A stretch of 64,000 bases of DNA, from positions 875,196 through 939,195 of the forward strand of contig CP070748.1 in assembly GCA_020348345.1 (NCBI GenBank), read 5' to 3'. A program made the position numbers and the translations under genes. Below, piece by piece: positions 53,574 through 62,182 of this stretch. Below the pieces are notes generated by a model. That model saw only the letters and a list, made by a program, of their open reading frames with translations, had not been told where the DNA came from and did not search any database. Source of the DNA: Methanobacteriota archaeon. GTDB lineage: Archaea; Thermoplasmatota; Thermoplasmata; UBA10834. Every line of letters starts with the position of its first letter. Position 1 is the first letter of the stretch.

Positions 53574-53996
53574 ATGACCGCGAAGATGGATAGTCTCCGC
53601 TTGAGCACAAGGGCCAAGGACGAGATAACGGACATAACCAACGGTGTCCAGGGCATCGTGACGGCGTCTGGCGTCAGCAGCGGCATCGCCTGTGTATTCG
53701 TCGCTGGCTCGACCGCGGCGATAACGACCGTGGAGCACGAGCCTGGACTGATAGCCGACCTGAAGGATGCTATGGACAGGCTGTATCCGAAGGGCATCGA
53801 GTACGAGCATCATCGTCGATGGGGCGACGGCAACGGCCACTCGCACGTCAGGGCCTCGTTTCTGGGACCGTCGCTGACGGTTCCTGTTGTGGACGGCAGG
53901 CTGCTCCTGGGCACATGGCAGCAGATAGTGTTCATGGAGTTCGACAACAAGCCGAGGACCAGGGAGATCTTCGTCCAGGTCGTCGGAGATGCCTGA
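53574..53996 (+). CDS. YjbQ/UPF0047 family protein (secondary thiamine-phosphate synthase-like)
   Basis: ITDITNGV, TAAITTVEHEPGL, DGNGHSHVRASFLGPS and GTWQQIVFMEFD motifs. Confidence 0.85.
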   Translation: MTAKMDSLRLSTRAKDEITDITNGVQGIVTASGVSSGIACVFVAGSTAAITTVEHEPGLIADLKDAMDRLYPKGIEYEHHRRWGDGNGHSHVRASFLGPSLTVPVVDGRLLLGTWQQIVFMEFDNKPRTREIFVQVVGDA

Positions 53997-54062
53997 TCCC
54001 GTCGCTTGAACGGGCCATCCCAGGGGCAAAGATAATATACATTAGCCCATTGGGCAGGCAGG

Positions 54063-55298
54063 ATGAAGATCGAAGGAGAGTTCCTCGGAGGAGGACACGA
54101 AGTCGGTAGGCTGGGCATCTACCTGAAATGCGACGGTGCCCGATTGCTGTTCGATTACGGCATGACCGCCACAGCTCCGCCCTTGTATCCGAAGGAAGCG
54201 CCTCCCATCGACAGGATGTTTCTGACTCATTCGCACCTCGACCACTGTGGGATGATACCGTGGCTTACGGCAAGATACGACATCGACGTCGTCGCAACGG
54301 CGATGGCCCGAGAGGTCGCCATCCTGCTCATGGAAGACAGCATCAAGGTGGGTCAGTCGGAAGGATATCCCGAGCCCTATGATGTTAACGATGTTAAGAT
54401 AGCCAAGAGACGGTTCAGGGAGATCGACTTCGGAGAGACCATGGACATAGGCCGATACCAGATAATGGCACACCCGGCGGGACACATACCGGGCGCCACG
54501 ATGTTCGAGCTGCGAGGGAGGGAAACGACGCTCGTCACCGGAGATATTCACACGATCGACACGCGCCTGGTGAAGGGCGCGAAACCCGTTCGATGCGACA
54601 ACCTGATCATGGAAGCGACATACTCCGGAAGAAATCACGCGGACCGAAAGGACACGGAACGAGCGTTTCTGCACAAGATAGACGAGGTGCTCGACAGGGA
54701 CGGCAGGGTCATCATCGCGGCTTTCGCCGTCGGAAGGACCCAGGAGATCCTTCTGCTTCTGAAGAACCACAGACGAGAGTTCTGGCTCGACGGCATGGGG
54801 AGAAAGGTGAGCAAGATCTATTCATCGATGCCCGAGTTTCTACTGTCAGGCAAGAGCTTCCGCCAGGCGGCCAACAGGGCGAAGGTCGTCAGGAGCGCCC
54901 ACGGCAGGACCAGGGCGGCCAGGTCGGACATCGTCGTCACGACCAGCGGGATGCTTGATGGAGGGCCCGTGATAGATTACATCGACCAGCTGAAGGAGGA
55001 TCCAAAGAGCGCCATCCTGCTCACAGGCTATCAGGTCGAAGGCAGCAACGGACGAATGCTTCTGGACCAGGGCGTGATAGACGTCAAAGGCGCCACCATA
55101 AAAGTCAACTGCGACGTCAAGATATTCGATTTCTCAGCTCATGCAGGCCACGACCAGCTCCTCGATTTCGCCAAGGGGTGCTCTCCGGAGAGGATAGTGT
55201 TATGCCACGGAGACCAGAGGGAGCTGCTCGCAGACGACCTGAGAAAGGAAGGCTTCGAGGTGTTGTTGCCCAGGAATGGCGAGAAATTCGGCCTCTGA
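54063..55298 (+). CDS. beta-CASP metallo-beta-lactamase RNase, aCPSF2-like (no KH domains)
   Basis: LLFDYGM, LTHSHLDHCGMIPWL, PAGHIPGA, EATYSGRNH, FSAHAGHDQL and VLCHGD motifs. 411 aa. Confidence 0.8.
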   Translation: MKIEGEFLGGGHEVGRLGIYLKCDGARLLFDYGMTATAPPLYPKEAPPIDRMFLTHSHLDHCGMIPWLTARYDIDVVATAMAREVAILLMEDSIKVGQSEGYPEPYDVNDVKIAKRRFREIDFGETMDIGRYQIMAHPAGHIPGATMFELRGRETTLVTGDIHTIDTRLVKGAKPVRCDNLIMEATYSGRNHADRKDTERAFLHKIDEVLDRDGRVIIAAFAVGRTQEILLLLKNHRREFWLDGMGRKVSKIYSSMPEFLLSGKSFRQAANRAKVVRSAHGRTRAARSDIVVTTSGMLDGGPVIDYIDQLKEDPKSAILLTGYQVEGSNGRMLLDQGVIDVKGATIKVNCDVKIFDFSAHAGHDQLLDFAKGCSPERIVLCHGDQRELLADDLRKEGFEVLLPRNGEKFGL

Positions 55299-55339
55299 TG
55301 CCCGAGAGGAAAACCTAGTTAAGGAAGTGGGCTTCTCAT

Positions 55340-56176
55340 ATGCATGAAATGAGGTCGAGGTACACGGATTACATTCGCGAAGACATAGGCTCCGGAGACG
55401 TCACATCTGAGCTGCTGGTGCCGCCGCGCAGGAGGGCGAGCGGGAGGATAATCGCGGAGGAGCAGTGCGTTCTGGCGGGAGCTGTGGAGGCGTTCTCCGT
55501 GTTCGAGGAGCTCGGAGCTGAGGCGACAGAGGTTGTGAAGGAGGGAACGAGGGCCGAAAAGGGCGACGTCGTCATGACAGTCAAGGGGTCGGCAAGGGCG
55601 CTTCTGTCAGGAGAGAGGCTGGCCTTGAACTTCCTTATGCGGATGAGCGGCATCGCCACACTCACCAACGACCTCCTGCACCGATGCAGGAAGATCAACC
55701 CAAAAGTCAGGATAGCGGCCACCAGGAAGACGACACCCGGGTTCAGGCAGTTCGAGAAGAGGGCCGTATCGATCGGCGGGGGAGACACTCACAGGTTCGG
55801 ACTGGACGACGCCATCCTCATCAAGGACAACCACATCGCGATAGCGGGAGGCATCCGGGAAGCGCTCAGGAGCGCCCGACAGGCCGCTAGTTTCACGAAG
55901 AAGATAGAGATCGAGGTAGGAACGGTGGACGACGCGCTGACCGCGGTTGAGGAAGGAGCCGACATCATAATGCTAGACAACCTCGCCCCGGAGGAGGGCG
56001 AGAAGGTTGCGCGCGAGGTTCGGTCCGCGAATCCAATGACGGTGATAGAGGTCTCGGGCGGCATAAGACCGGACAACATCGAAGCGTATGCGTCCTTCGC
56101 GGATATCATATCGCTCGGCTGGCTGACGCATTCGGTACGATCCATTGACTTCTCCATGGACATCGTGCCAGAATGA
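55340..56176 (+). CDS. nadC: Nicotinate-nucleotide pyrophosphorylase (quinolinate phosphoribosyltransferase)
   Basis: EDIGSGDVTSELL, ERLALNFLMRMSGIAT, ATRKTTPGFR, GGGDTHRFGLDDAILIKDNHI, IMLDN and EVSGGI motifs. Confidence 0.9.
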   Translation: MHEMRSRYTDYIREDIGSGDVTSELLVPPRRRASGRIIAEEQCVLAGAVEAFSVFEELGAEATEVVKEGTRAEKGDVVMTVKGSARALLSGERLALNFLMRMSGIATLTNDLLHRCRKINPKVRIAATRKTTPGFRQFEKRAVSIGGGDTHRFGLDDAILIKDNHIAIAGGIREALRSARQAASFTKKIEIEVGTVDDALTAVEEGADIIMLDNLAPEEGEKVAREVRSANPMTVIEVSGGIRPDNIEAYASFADIISLGWLTHSVRSIDFSMDIVPE

Positions 56177-56231
56177 CTTTGGCCGCGCAAGCACCTTTTT
56201 CTATAGTGTAACCCCTGCCTCGAGGGATAGG

Positions 56232-56906
56232 ATGCGCGCACAAGACGCATGGAGGGTGTTCACGATCCTTTTCATCCTGGGGCTAGCGGTCGCTGCCTCG
56301 TGGATGACGAACCAAGGCCAGAACGTCGCATTGGTTGCGTTCATGGCCGTTGTATCCATCGCGGTCTACTTCTACATCATCTACAAACGATACCATGTTG
56401 AACGCCTTCCAGAGAGCGATCTCCGGCTGTTCGATGATCCCGAGGATCTGCGGATACTGTGCAGGATCTACGGCATTCCTGACACGGGCTCTCCGACCTG
56501 GCTGAGGCATCGCCTCGCCCAGTTCATCCGGCAGAACGAGAGTAGGAGCTTCGTATGGGTCGCTCCGATATTCATGAAGAAGCTCGTCTCGAACCTGGAG
56601 CTGTCTCCCAACTCTGAGGATTACCAGGAGTTTCCCGAGAGCCAGTCGGAGCTGCTGGAGCGGATGGTCTCATCGTACCCTTCCGCGGCGGCTGAGGGCA
56701 GACCGCTGGTATGGGGCGTGCGCAGGTCGACATCCAGGCGACACGCAATCACCTCATGTCCTATTTGCGACGAGGAAGTGGATCGCAAGAGCCTTGTTTG
56801 CGACGTCTGTGGCGCAGATCTCGAGTTCTACGAGGTGTTGTCCGAGTCGAAGGTCGGCAGAAAGCTCGTTGCACAACGCGCGGAGAGGCATCTGCAGGAG
56901 ACTTAG
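56232..56906 (+). CDS. Hypothetical membrane protein with SAP-like segment and C-terminal zinc-ribbon
   Basis: Two TM segments, then DLRILCRIYGIPDTGSPTWLRHRLAQF and CPICDEEV...CDVCG. Start set at MRAQDAW; the track start at 56145 overlaps nadC. Confidence 0.45.
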   Translation: MRAQDAWRVFTILFILGLAVAASWMTNQGQNVALVAFMAVVSIAVYFYIIYKRYHVERLPESDLRLFDDPEDLRILCRIYGIPDTGSPTWLRHRLAQFIRQNESRSFVWVAPIFMKKLVSNLELSPNSEDYQEFPESQSELLERMVSSYPSAAAEGRPLVWGVRRSTSRRHAITSCPICDEEVDRKSLVCDVCGADLEFYEVLSESKVGRKLVAQRAERHLQET

Positions 56907-56934
56907 ATAGCGCGAGCGGCATAGGGGTAACTGC

Positions 56935-57102
56935 ATGAAGATGGATGAGAAGTGTCAGATATGCGGGAAACCCGCTAAGAGATTCCTCTTCGCAACATTC
57001 GTCTGCGATGATGAAGAGTGCATCGAGAAGGCCCGGGCAGAGCGAGGAGGGCCAGGAGGGCACAAGAAGAGGGAAATCTCGGAGATACTCCGGAATCGAT
57101 GA
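56935..57102 (+). CDS. Small Cys-rich protein (55 aa), absent from the ORF track
   Basis: Translation by eye gives MKMDEKCQICGKPAKRFLFATFVCDDEECIEKARAERGGPGGHKKREISEILRNR. It occupies a region the track assigns to an N-terminal extension of the MFS ORF. Confidence 0.35.
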   Translation: MKMDEKCQICGKPAKRFLFATFVCDDEECIEKARAERGGPGGHKKREISEILRNR

Positions 57103-57160
57103 AGATGCCGCTCCCACGCTCCAGCAACGTTTAAGGCTGACGTTTCATTCCACGGTGCAG

Positions 57161-58327
57161 ATGAATCGACGCGCTTTCTTCGGATTGATGCTGATAGAGA
57201 CGATGCTGGCCTTCGGCAGCACGTTCGCCGCGTCGTTCAACATCATATACATGTTCAACGAGCTTGAGATGCCGCTCTGGTACGGACCGATGTACCTGCT
57301 CCTCGGCTTCGGCATCGCCTCTCTGGGAAGCCTCTGGATGTCCTGGCGGCCATCTATAGATCCGAGGAACGCGTTGGTGTTCGGCCTCTTCTGGCTGTGC
57401 ATCGAATACTCGTTGTTCCTGATAGTGCATGACGGATGGATCCTGGGGATCATAGTAGGAGTTGCGTTCGGCCTCTACTATCCGTTCTTCTGGATACCCG
57501 TCAACGTGCTGATGGCGAGAATGACTGAGAAGGGTGACAGAGGGGTCACATATGGTGCGTTCTTCTTCGTGTGGCCTCTCGCAGCGTTCGTCGCTCCCTT
57601 CCTCGGGGGACTCGTCATCGGCTTTGCGAATTACTCCGTCTTGTTCGCACTGGGCATATTGATCATCGCCTCAACAATAGGAGTCGTCTTCGCATACAGA
57701 AGGTACATTCCAAAGGGCCAGGTCATGCGCATTCGAATCGACTCGCTCGGAAAGAGAAACGTGGTCGCACTGCTGGGCGAAGGAGGGTTCGAGGGCGTCT
57801 TCTGGGTCGATCTCATGCTCGTCACATATGTGTTCACCCAGGACGAGGTGGCGATAGGCGCCCTCTTCTCCCTTTTCGGACTATGCGCTGGCGTCATGGG
57901 CATCATATTGGGGAAGGTTTCTGACCGGATCCAGAACAGGGTTTTCTTCCTCAGAGTCAGCGCGCTGACGTCGATCCCGTGCGTGCTGGCGGTGTCATAT
58001 GCGACATCAGTCGAGGAGTTCGCTCTTGCGAACGGGCTCCTCGAAGTCGCGTGCTTCGTCCTGCCTGTGTTCCTGTTCGCTATCTTGACGGACAAGCTGG
58101 AGGATGCAAAGAACGACTCGGTGGTAGGCAGGGAATTCTTCCTCGACGTCGGCAGGGTTCTGACGATAGGCTTGATGATGGCGCTCCTCTACTTCGACTT
58201 CACCCCGCAGCAATGCTTCCTTCTCTGCATACCCCTCCTGGTGCTGAGCCTTCTGGCGTATGAGGAGCGGAAGATCAAGCCCGGTGTCGAGATGGTGCCG
58301 GTGACAGAGCATCACCGTGGAGCATGA
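57161..58327 (+). CDS. MFS-type transporter
   Basis: About 389 aa and about 11-12 TM segments starting at MNRRAFFGLMLIE. The upstream 72 codons of the track ORF are hydrophilic and overlap the small ORF. Confidence 0.7.
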   Translation: MNRRAFFGLMLIETMLAFGSTFAASFNIIYMFNELEMPLWYGPMYLLLGFGIASLGSLWMSWRPSIDPRNALVFGLFWLCIEYSLFLIVHDGWILGIIVGVAFGLYYPFFWIPVNVLMARMTEKGDRGVTYGAFFFVWPLAAFVAPFLGGLVIGFANYSVLFALGILIIASTIGVVFAYRRYIPKGQVMRIRIDSLGKRNVVALLGEGGFEGVFWVDLMLVTYVFTQDEVAIGALFSLFGLCAGVMGIILGKVSDRIQNRVFFLRVSALTSIPCVLAVSYATSVEEFALANGLLEVACFVLPVFLFAILTDKLEDAKNDSVVGREFFLDVGRVLTIGLMMALLYFDFTPQQCFLLCIPLLVLSLLAYEERKIKPGVEMVPVTEHHRGA

Positions 58328-59541
58328 ACGGAATTCCAGAGGAATTCCATCAGGTCCACCATCTCCATATTCGAGCCTCGCGCTGAAACCGCAGACTTGA
58401 GGCTCTGGTAGCAGAACGGGCATGATGTGGTTAGAACCTCGCAGCCCACGGACTCCGCATCCGCAACCCTCAGCTCAGATATGCCCGTTGCCAGCTCGGG
58501 GAAAGCCGTCTTGACGCCGCCGCCCGCGCCGCAGCATCGCGCGTCCTCGCGGTTCCTGTGCATCTCCACGAGCTTCACTCCCGGGATCGATTGCAGTATG
58601 CTCCTGGGCTGTTCGTACAGCCCAGCATGTCTCCCCAGGTGACAGGGGTCATGGAACGACACCGTCTTGTCCACTCTGCCGATTGGCGAGATGTGTCCTG
58701 AATTCATGAGGTCCAAGGCGAACTCAGTCACATGGACTATCGGGGCGGGGAGCTTGCCGTACTTCGGATAATCCTGCCTTATCGTCTTGTAGCACCCAGC
58801 ACAACTGGTCACGATGATCGATGGCGAGGCGCGCTCGAACCTCTCGATGTTCCTCAAAACCATAGCCTTCGCCGACTCGGAGAGCCCTGTGCGCATCATC
58901 GTCGACCCGCAACATCCTTCCTCGTTGCCCAGAGTCCCGAAATCAACCTTCGCATGAGTCAGCACACGGGCGGTGTTCTCAGCCATCGGCCGTATGTTGG
59001 GGTCATATGCTGCGGTGCAGCCCACGAAGTAGAGAATCTCGTGATCGTCCTTCAATGAGTCGCCAATGCGGGCTTCCTCCCCGAGCCTCTTTGACCATCT
59101 CGAACGTTGCGTTCGAGGCTGCATCCAGGGATTATCGTAGTTCTCGATGCTCTTCACGATCGGCTCATGAGCGGAGAGAGGGCCGAGGCTGTTTGCCACT
59201 AGGAACTCTCTCATGTTCTCCCACATTTCTATAGTGTCCAAATGGGAAGGGCAGACGGTCCTGCACTGACCGCAGATAGTGCACTCGTAAGCTCTCGCGG
59301 CGAACTCCTTGAGTTCGGCGTCGGAGATCTTCTTCGGCCCCAATATACGCGCCCTCAGCCCGTACTGAGCCTTGTACAACTCCCTCAGGCGCAGTATCTT
59401 GCCCCGTGGCGTCACCATCTCCACATCCTGCGCCTCACCGCCGGTGGGGCAGGTCTCGGTGCACTCGCCGCAACGGGTGCATGCGTCATAGGACATGAGA
59501 GCGCGAACATCCAGGCTCGATATGTCCAGGCGGCGAATCAT
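58312..59541 (-). CDS. HdrD/DsrK/GlpC-type Fe-S oxidoreductase (two 4Fe-4S motifs plus two CCG domains)
   Basis: CTRCGECTETCP and CTICGQCRTVCP. CCG domains are FVGCTAAY...CCGST...SCAGC and HDPCHLGR...CCGAGGG...SCPFC. Confidence 0.85.
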   Translation of the reverse strand: MIRRLDISSLDVRALMSYDACTRCGECTETCPTGGEAQDVEMVTPRGKILRLRELYKAQYGLRARILGPKKISDAELKEFAARAYECTICGQCRTVCPSHLDTIEMWENMREFLVANSLGPLSAHEPIVKSIENYDNPWMQPRTQRSRWSKRLGEEARIGDSLKDDHEILYFVGCTAAYDPNIRPMAENTARVLTHAKVDFGTLGNEEGCCGSTMMRTGLSESAKAMVLRNIERFERASPSIIVTSCAGCYKTIRQDYPKYGKLPAPIVHVTEFALDLMNSGHISPIGRVDKTVSFHDPCHLGRHAGLYEQPRSILQSIPGVKLVEMHRNREDARCCGAGGGVKTAFPELATGISELRVADAESVGCEVLTTSCPFCYQSLKSAVSARGSNMEMVDLMEFLWNSVHAPR

Positions 59542-60512
59542 GACAGCGCCTCCTTTCCCGCCATGATGCCATCAAGTTCTATGGCGATCGGCGAGGCGAT
59601 CATATGGAACATCTTGCTGAACGGTATGTATGCGATGAGAAGCGCGCTCATGATTCCATGAACCAACCAGGCGGCGTCGTAGAATTCGCCCGATGATGCT
59701 GGCAACATCACGGAGACGGCGTAACCCAGGAACGAGTACTCGACATTCTCCTGATGCCCTGGGATGGTTCCTGCGATGCCGATGCCTTCAAGGACGAAAC
59801 CGCCGGCAACTACCGCTAGCAGGAAGATTATGGACGCTGCGTCCGGTAATTCAGTCCTCACGATGCTCGGTTTGAGGATGAATCTTCGGATAGCGGCGAT
59901 GCTCAGTCCTATCAACATCATCAGGCCTGCCACCTCAAAGCCGACGTCCCTGAGCCACAGCTTTGCCCAACCCGACTCTTCGATCATCGGTTGATACTGA
60001 AGCACGTCGAGAGAAAGAGTGACGACGAGGTCGAGTACGAACATCAGAACGAACCCGCCCAGTATCATGATGTGCATGAACCATCTCGACCAGCTTCGAC
60101 CCTTAAGCCTGGAGAGGTATAGCGCGTCCCTCACGAATACGCCCAAGGCTCTTGCCAGCATCCTGCTGAAGAGCAGTCTCAGCGCCCTTCCTGCGAAGCA
60201 TAGGAGCCTCTTCTCAGGAGTCGATACCAGGCCCTTACCACGCATCCACAACAGAACGTTATGCAGCGTTCCAAGGAGGAACACCGCGGTGCACACAACG
60301 ACCGTAACCAAGAACATCTGCAGGTAGGCTTGATCGCGCACATACACCGTGTCGTAGGGAAGCAGCAATATGATTGCGGACGCGAACACAATCATGGCGA
60401 AGAACGGCACATAGAGCAATGCCCTCTCGCTCAAGTATCTGCCGTCGGGCATGTCTGGTTTAATGAGAATCGACGAGTATAAACCCATCCCTCGCGGCTC
60501 GAAAACGGCCAT
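59538..60512 (-). CDS. NarI/HdrE/DsrM-like integral membrane (putative di-haem b) subunit
   Basis: 5-6 TM segments. Conserved His in TM helices (WFMHIMILGG, WLVHGIMSAL) and the C-terminal PFSKMFH motif typical of NarI-like proteins. 4-nt overlap with the HdrD-like gene. Start is ambiguous (60512, 60488 or 60452). Confidence 0.65.
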   Translation of the reverse strand: MAVFEPRGMGLYSSILIKPDMPDGRYLSERALLYVPFFAMIVFASAIILLLPYDTVYVRDQAYLQMFLVTVVVCTAVFLLGTLHNVLLWMRGKGLVSTPEKRLLCFAGRALRLLFSRMLARALGVFVRDALYLSRLKGRSWSRWFMHIMILGGFVLMFVLDLVVTLSLDVLQYQPMIEESGWAKLWLRDVGFEVAGLMMLIGLSIAAIRRFILKPSIVRTELPDAASIIFLLAVVAGGFVLEGIGIAGTIPGHQENVEYSFLGYAVSVMLPASSGEFYDAAWLVHGIMSALLIAYIPFSKMFHMIASPIAIELDGIMAGKEALS

Positions 60513-61593
60513 CTACGGCAAGGCGTGCGGCCTCCACCAACAATCCCGGAGCGGAGTCGGCGTTCGAATCGTGGTCGAAGCTTGCTGACAGTAGACTTTC
60601 GCGCGATCTGTCGAGAAGTATCGCCACAGCCTGAGCGGTGTCGTTGTCGAGATAGCTTTTCCGACTTTCAATAGCAGTCGTGAGTTCCAGCATCCTGCTG
60701 CCGTCCCACTGCTTCGCCCCCAAGATGAATGATTCACGTTCCGCGCCGAGTATCGCAACCTTCAGATCAGCCAGGGATCTCCCGAGAAAAGTGGCATTCC
60801 GAGCTTCGCATATACTGGAGATCCTGCAACGACGGATGTGATCGAGCTTTGCGAGACGCATAAAGACATCGTTCGCTGCGGGGTAGCCGGGATGTTCAAG
60901 GTGTGGACCCGCAAGGACGAGCTGCCCTTCGCCGCAACGACATCTTAGAACAGCAGGCCAGCCAATCATCGTTTCTTCGGCCGTCCGTCGATTGACCTGA
61001 AATGCCGTATGAGATGTGAACGAAGCATATCGCAAAACGGGCTCATCGATCACGGGTTCGCTGAAGACGGGGCCACCGTATATCGGCGCTACAAACGTGC
61101 CGCCGTCTTCTCCCAGAACGACTTCGCCCCTCACAGGGTGGAAGATTCTGCACGAGCCGTATCGCACCGCCAACCTGGGAGAAATCGATCCAGCGTCTTC
61201 TGATCCGTTTCTGACGTTTCGAACCCGCGTCTCCGAGAGCTTAAGGGCCGAGAACGGCTCTACTCTGGCGGGCAGAGGGAGGTAGGCACCTGCGCATATG
61301 CCGAGATACATGCCACCTTCGTTGATGTATTCAGTGAGTGCGCTGAACCCGGCGCCTGAGAGCGACTCTGCAATCTCGAATCCGTCGCCCCCCGATATCA
61401 ACACAAGAGAGGGGGATGATTCAAGCCCTCCAGCGAAATCAGCAGCATCGACGAAACTGGCATCGAATATCCCATTCGCCTCGAGCAGGTCTGCCAGCCA
61501 GACCCACGAATGTGAAGAGCCCTTCCCGGCATAGATGAGAACCGATTCTGGGAATATCACAGACCGAAATTGTTGCCCAAAGGGAAAAAGCAT
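60460..61593 (-). CDS. BPL_N-like / class I glutamine-amidotransferase-fold protein
   Basis: VLIYAGKGSSHSWVWLADLL...LVLISGGDG...GGMYLGICAGAYLP resembles the biotin-protein-ligase N-terminal (GATase1-like) domain. 377 aa. Confidence 0.5.
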   Translation of the reverse strand: MLFPFGQQFRSVIFPESVLIYAGKGSSHSWVWLADLLEANGIFDASFVDAADFAGGLESSPSLVLISGGDGFEIAESLSGAGFSALTEYINEGGMYLGICAGAYLPLPARVEPFSALKLSETRVRNVRNGSEDAGSISPRLAVRYGSCRIFHPVRGEVVLGEDGGTFVAPIYGGPVFSEPVIDEPVLRYASFTSHTAFQVNRRTAEETMIGWPAVLRCRCGEGQLVLAGPHLEHPGYPAANDVFMRLAKLDHIRRCRISSICEARNATFLGRSLADLKVAILGAERESFILGAKQWDGSRMLELTTAIESRKSYLDNDTAQAVAILLDRSRESLLSASFDHDSNADSAPGLLVEAARLAVDGRFRAARDGFILVDSH

Positions 61594-61626
61594 ACGCTAG
61601 CCTACCGGCCTCTCGGAGGCTGACAG

Positions 61627-61640
61627 AAAGTGTTATAGAA
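61627..61640 (+). promoter_or_regulatory. Putative tRNA-Val promoter (GAAAGTGTTATAGAA)
   Basis: TTATAGAA at 61633-61640, 28-35 nt upstream of the tRNA 5' end. Shares AAAGTGTTA with the tRNA-Leu upstream element. Confidence 0.4.
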
Positions 61641-61667
61641 CTCTTCGTCTTATCTCGCCGCTGGCAA

Positions 61668-61740
61668 GGGCCCATGGTCTAGTGGTTATGACATCTGCTT
61701 GACACGCAGAAGATCACCGGTTCGAGTCCGGTTGGGCCCA
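61668..61740 (+). tRNA. tRNA-Val (anticodon GAC)
   Basis: Acceptor stem GGGCCCA/TGGGCCC with discriminator A. Anticodon stem TCTGC/GCAGA with loop TTGACAC. T-arm CCGGTTCGAGTCCGG. CCA is not encoded. Confidence 0.9.
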
Positions 61741-61795
61741 CCTATCTCGCCGGTCCTATATGAGTTCGTTCATTGCGGTGAATAGGGCTCGGAAG

Positions 61796-61820
61796 GAAAG
61801 GCCATAGGGGCGGAATGCCA
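61796..61820 (+). repeat. Intergenic motif copy 1: GAAAGGCCATAGGGGCGGAATGCCA
   Basis: Read directly. Lies 56 nt after tRNA-Val and overlaps the first possible ATG (61815) of the next ORF. Confidence 0.7.
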
Positions 61821-62111
61821 GGACAACTATTAAGATTCGCAGCTTTGATGTTCGTCATAATGAAGAATCGCAAACTTGGCTGGCACAGAGGCGCACCGCC
61901 GCCAATTCGCTATCCAATGCCTTCCAGAACGGAAGCTATGAGGCATGACCCTTCAGTGGCGATAGGGCTAGCTGGTTTCACAATGATTATGATGGCAATG
62001 CTTGGCTCAACGCATATAATCTATGGAAACTGGCCGCTCGGTGTCATCGAGATCTCAATCGGCGTGCTGATTACAGCGTTGGTGTTGAGGAGATTCCGCG
62101 ACACTTATTAG
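61815..62111 (+). CDS. Hypothetical small membrane protein
   Basis: 98-aa ORF with two hydrophobic segments. Start is uncertain (ATG 61815, 61848 or 61860). Confidence 0.3.
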   Translation: MPGQLLRFAALMFVIMKNRKLGWHRGAPPPIRYPMPSRTEAMRHDPSVAIGLAGFTMIMMAMLGSTHIIYGNWPLGVIEISIGVLITALVLRRFRDTY

Positions 62112-62120
62112 TCTTTCAGA

Positions 62121-62145
62121 GAAAAGGCCATAGGGGCGGGGAAAT
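62121..62145 (+). repeat. Intergenic motif copy 2: GAAAAGGCCATAGGGGCGGGGAAAT
   Basis: Read directly. Starts 10 nt after the stop at 62111 and ends about 38 nt before ATG 62183. Confidence 0.7.
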
Positions 62146-62182
62146 CCCTTAAGGCCCATGAGGCGATTCTCAGTCGAGAGGA

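Noticed and set aside
54042-54770. 242-aa minus-strand ORF
   Set aside because: It is antisense to the beta-CASP RNase gene. Shadow ORF.
61801-61813. GGCCATAGGGGCGG in the repeated motif, which resembles the 5' end of 5S rRNA (GGCGGCCATAGCGG)
   Set aside because: The downstream sequence does not continue with the conserved 5S loop C/helix III region (CCCATNCCGAAC), and the element is only about 25-45 nt long.
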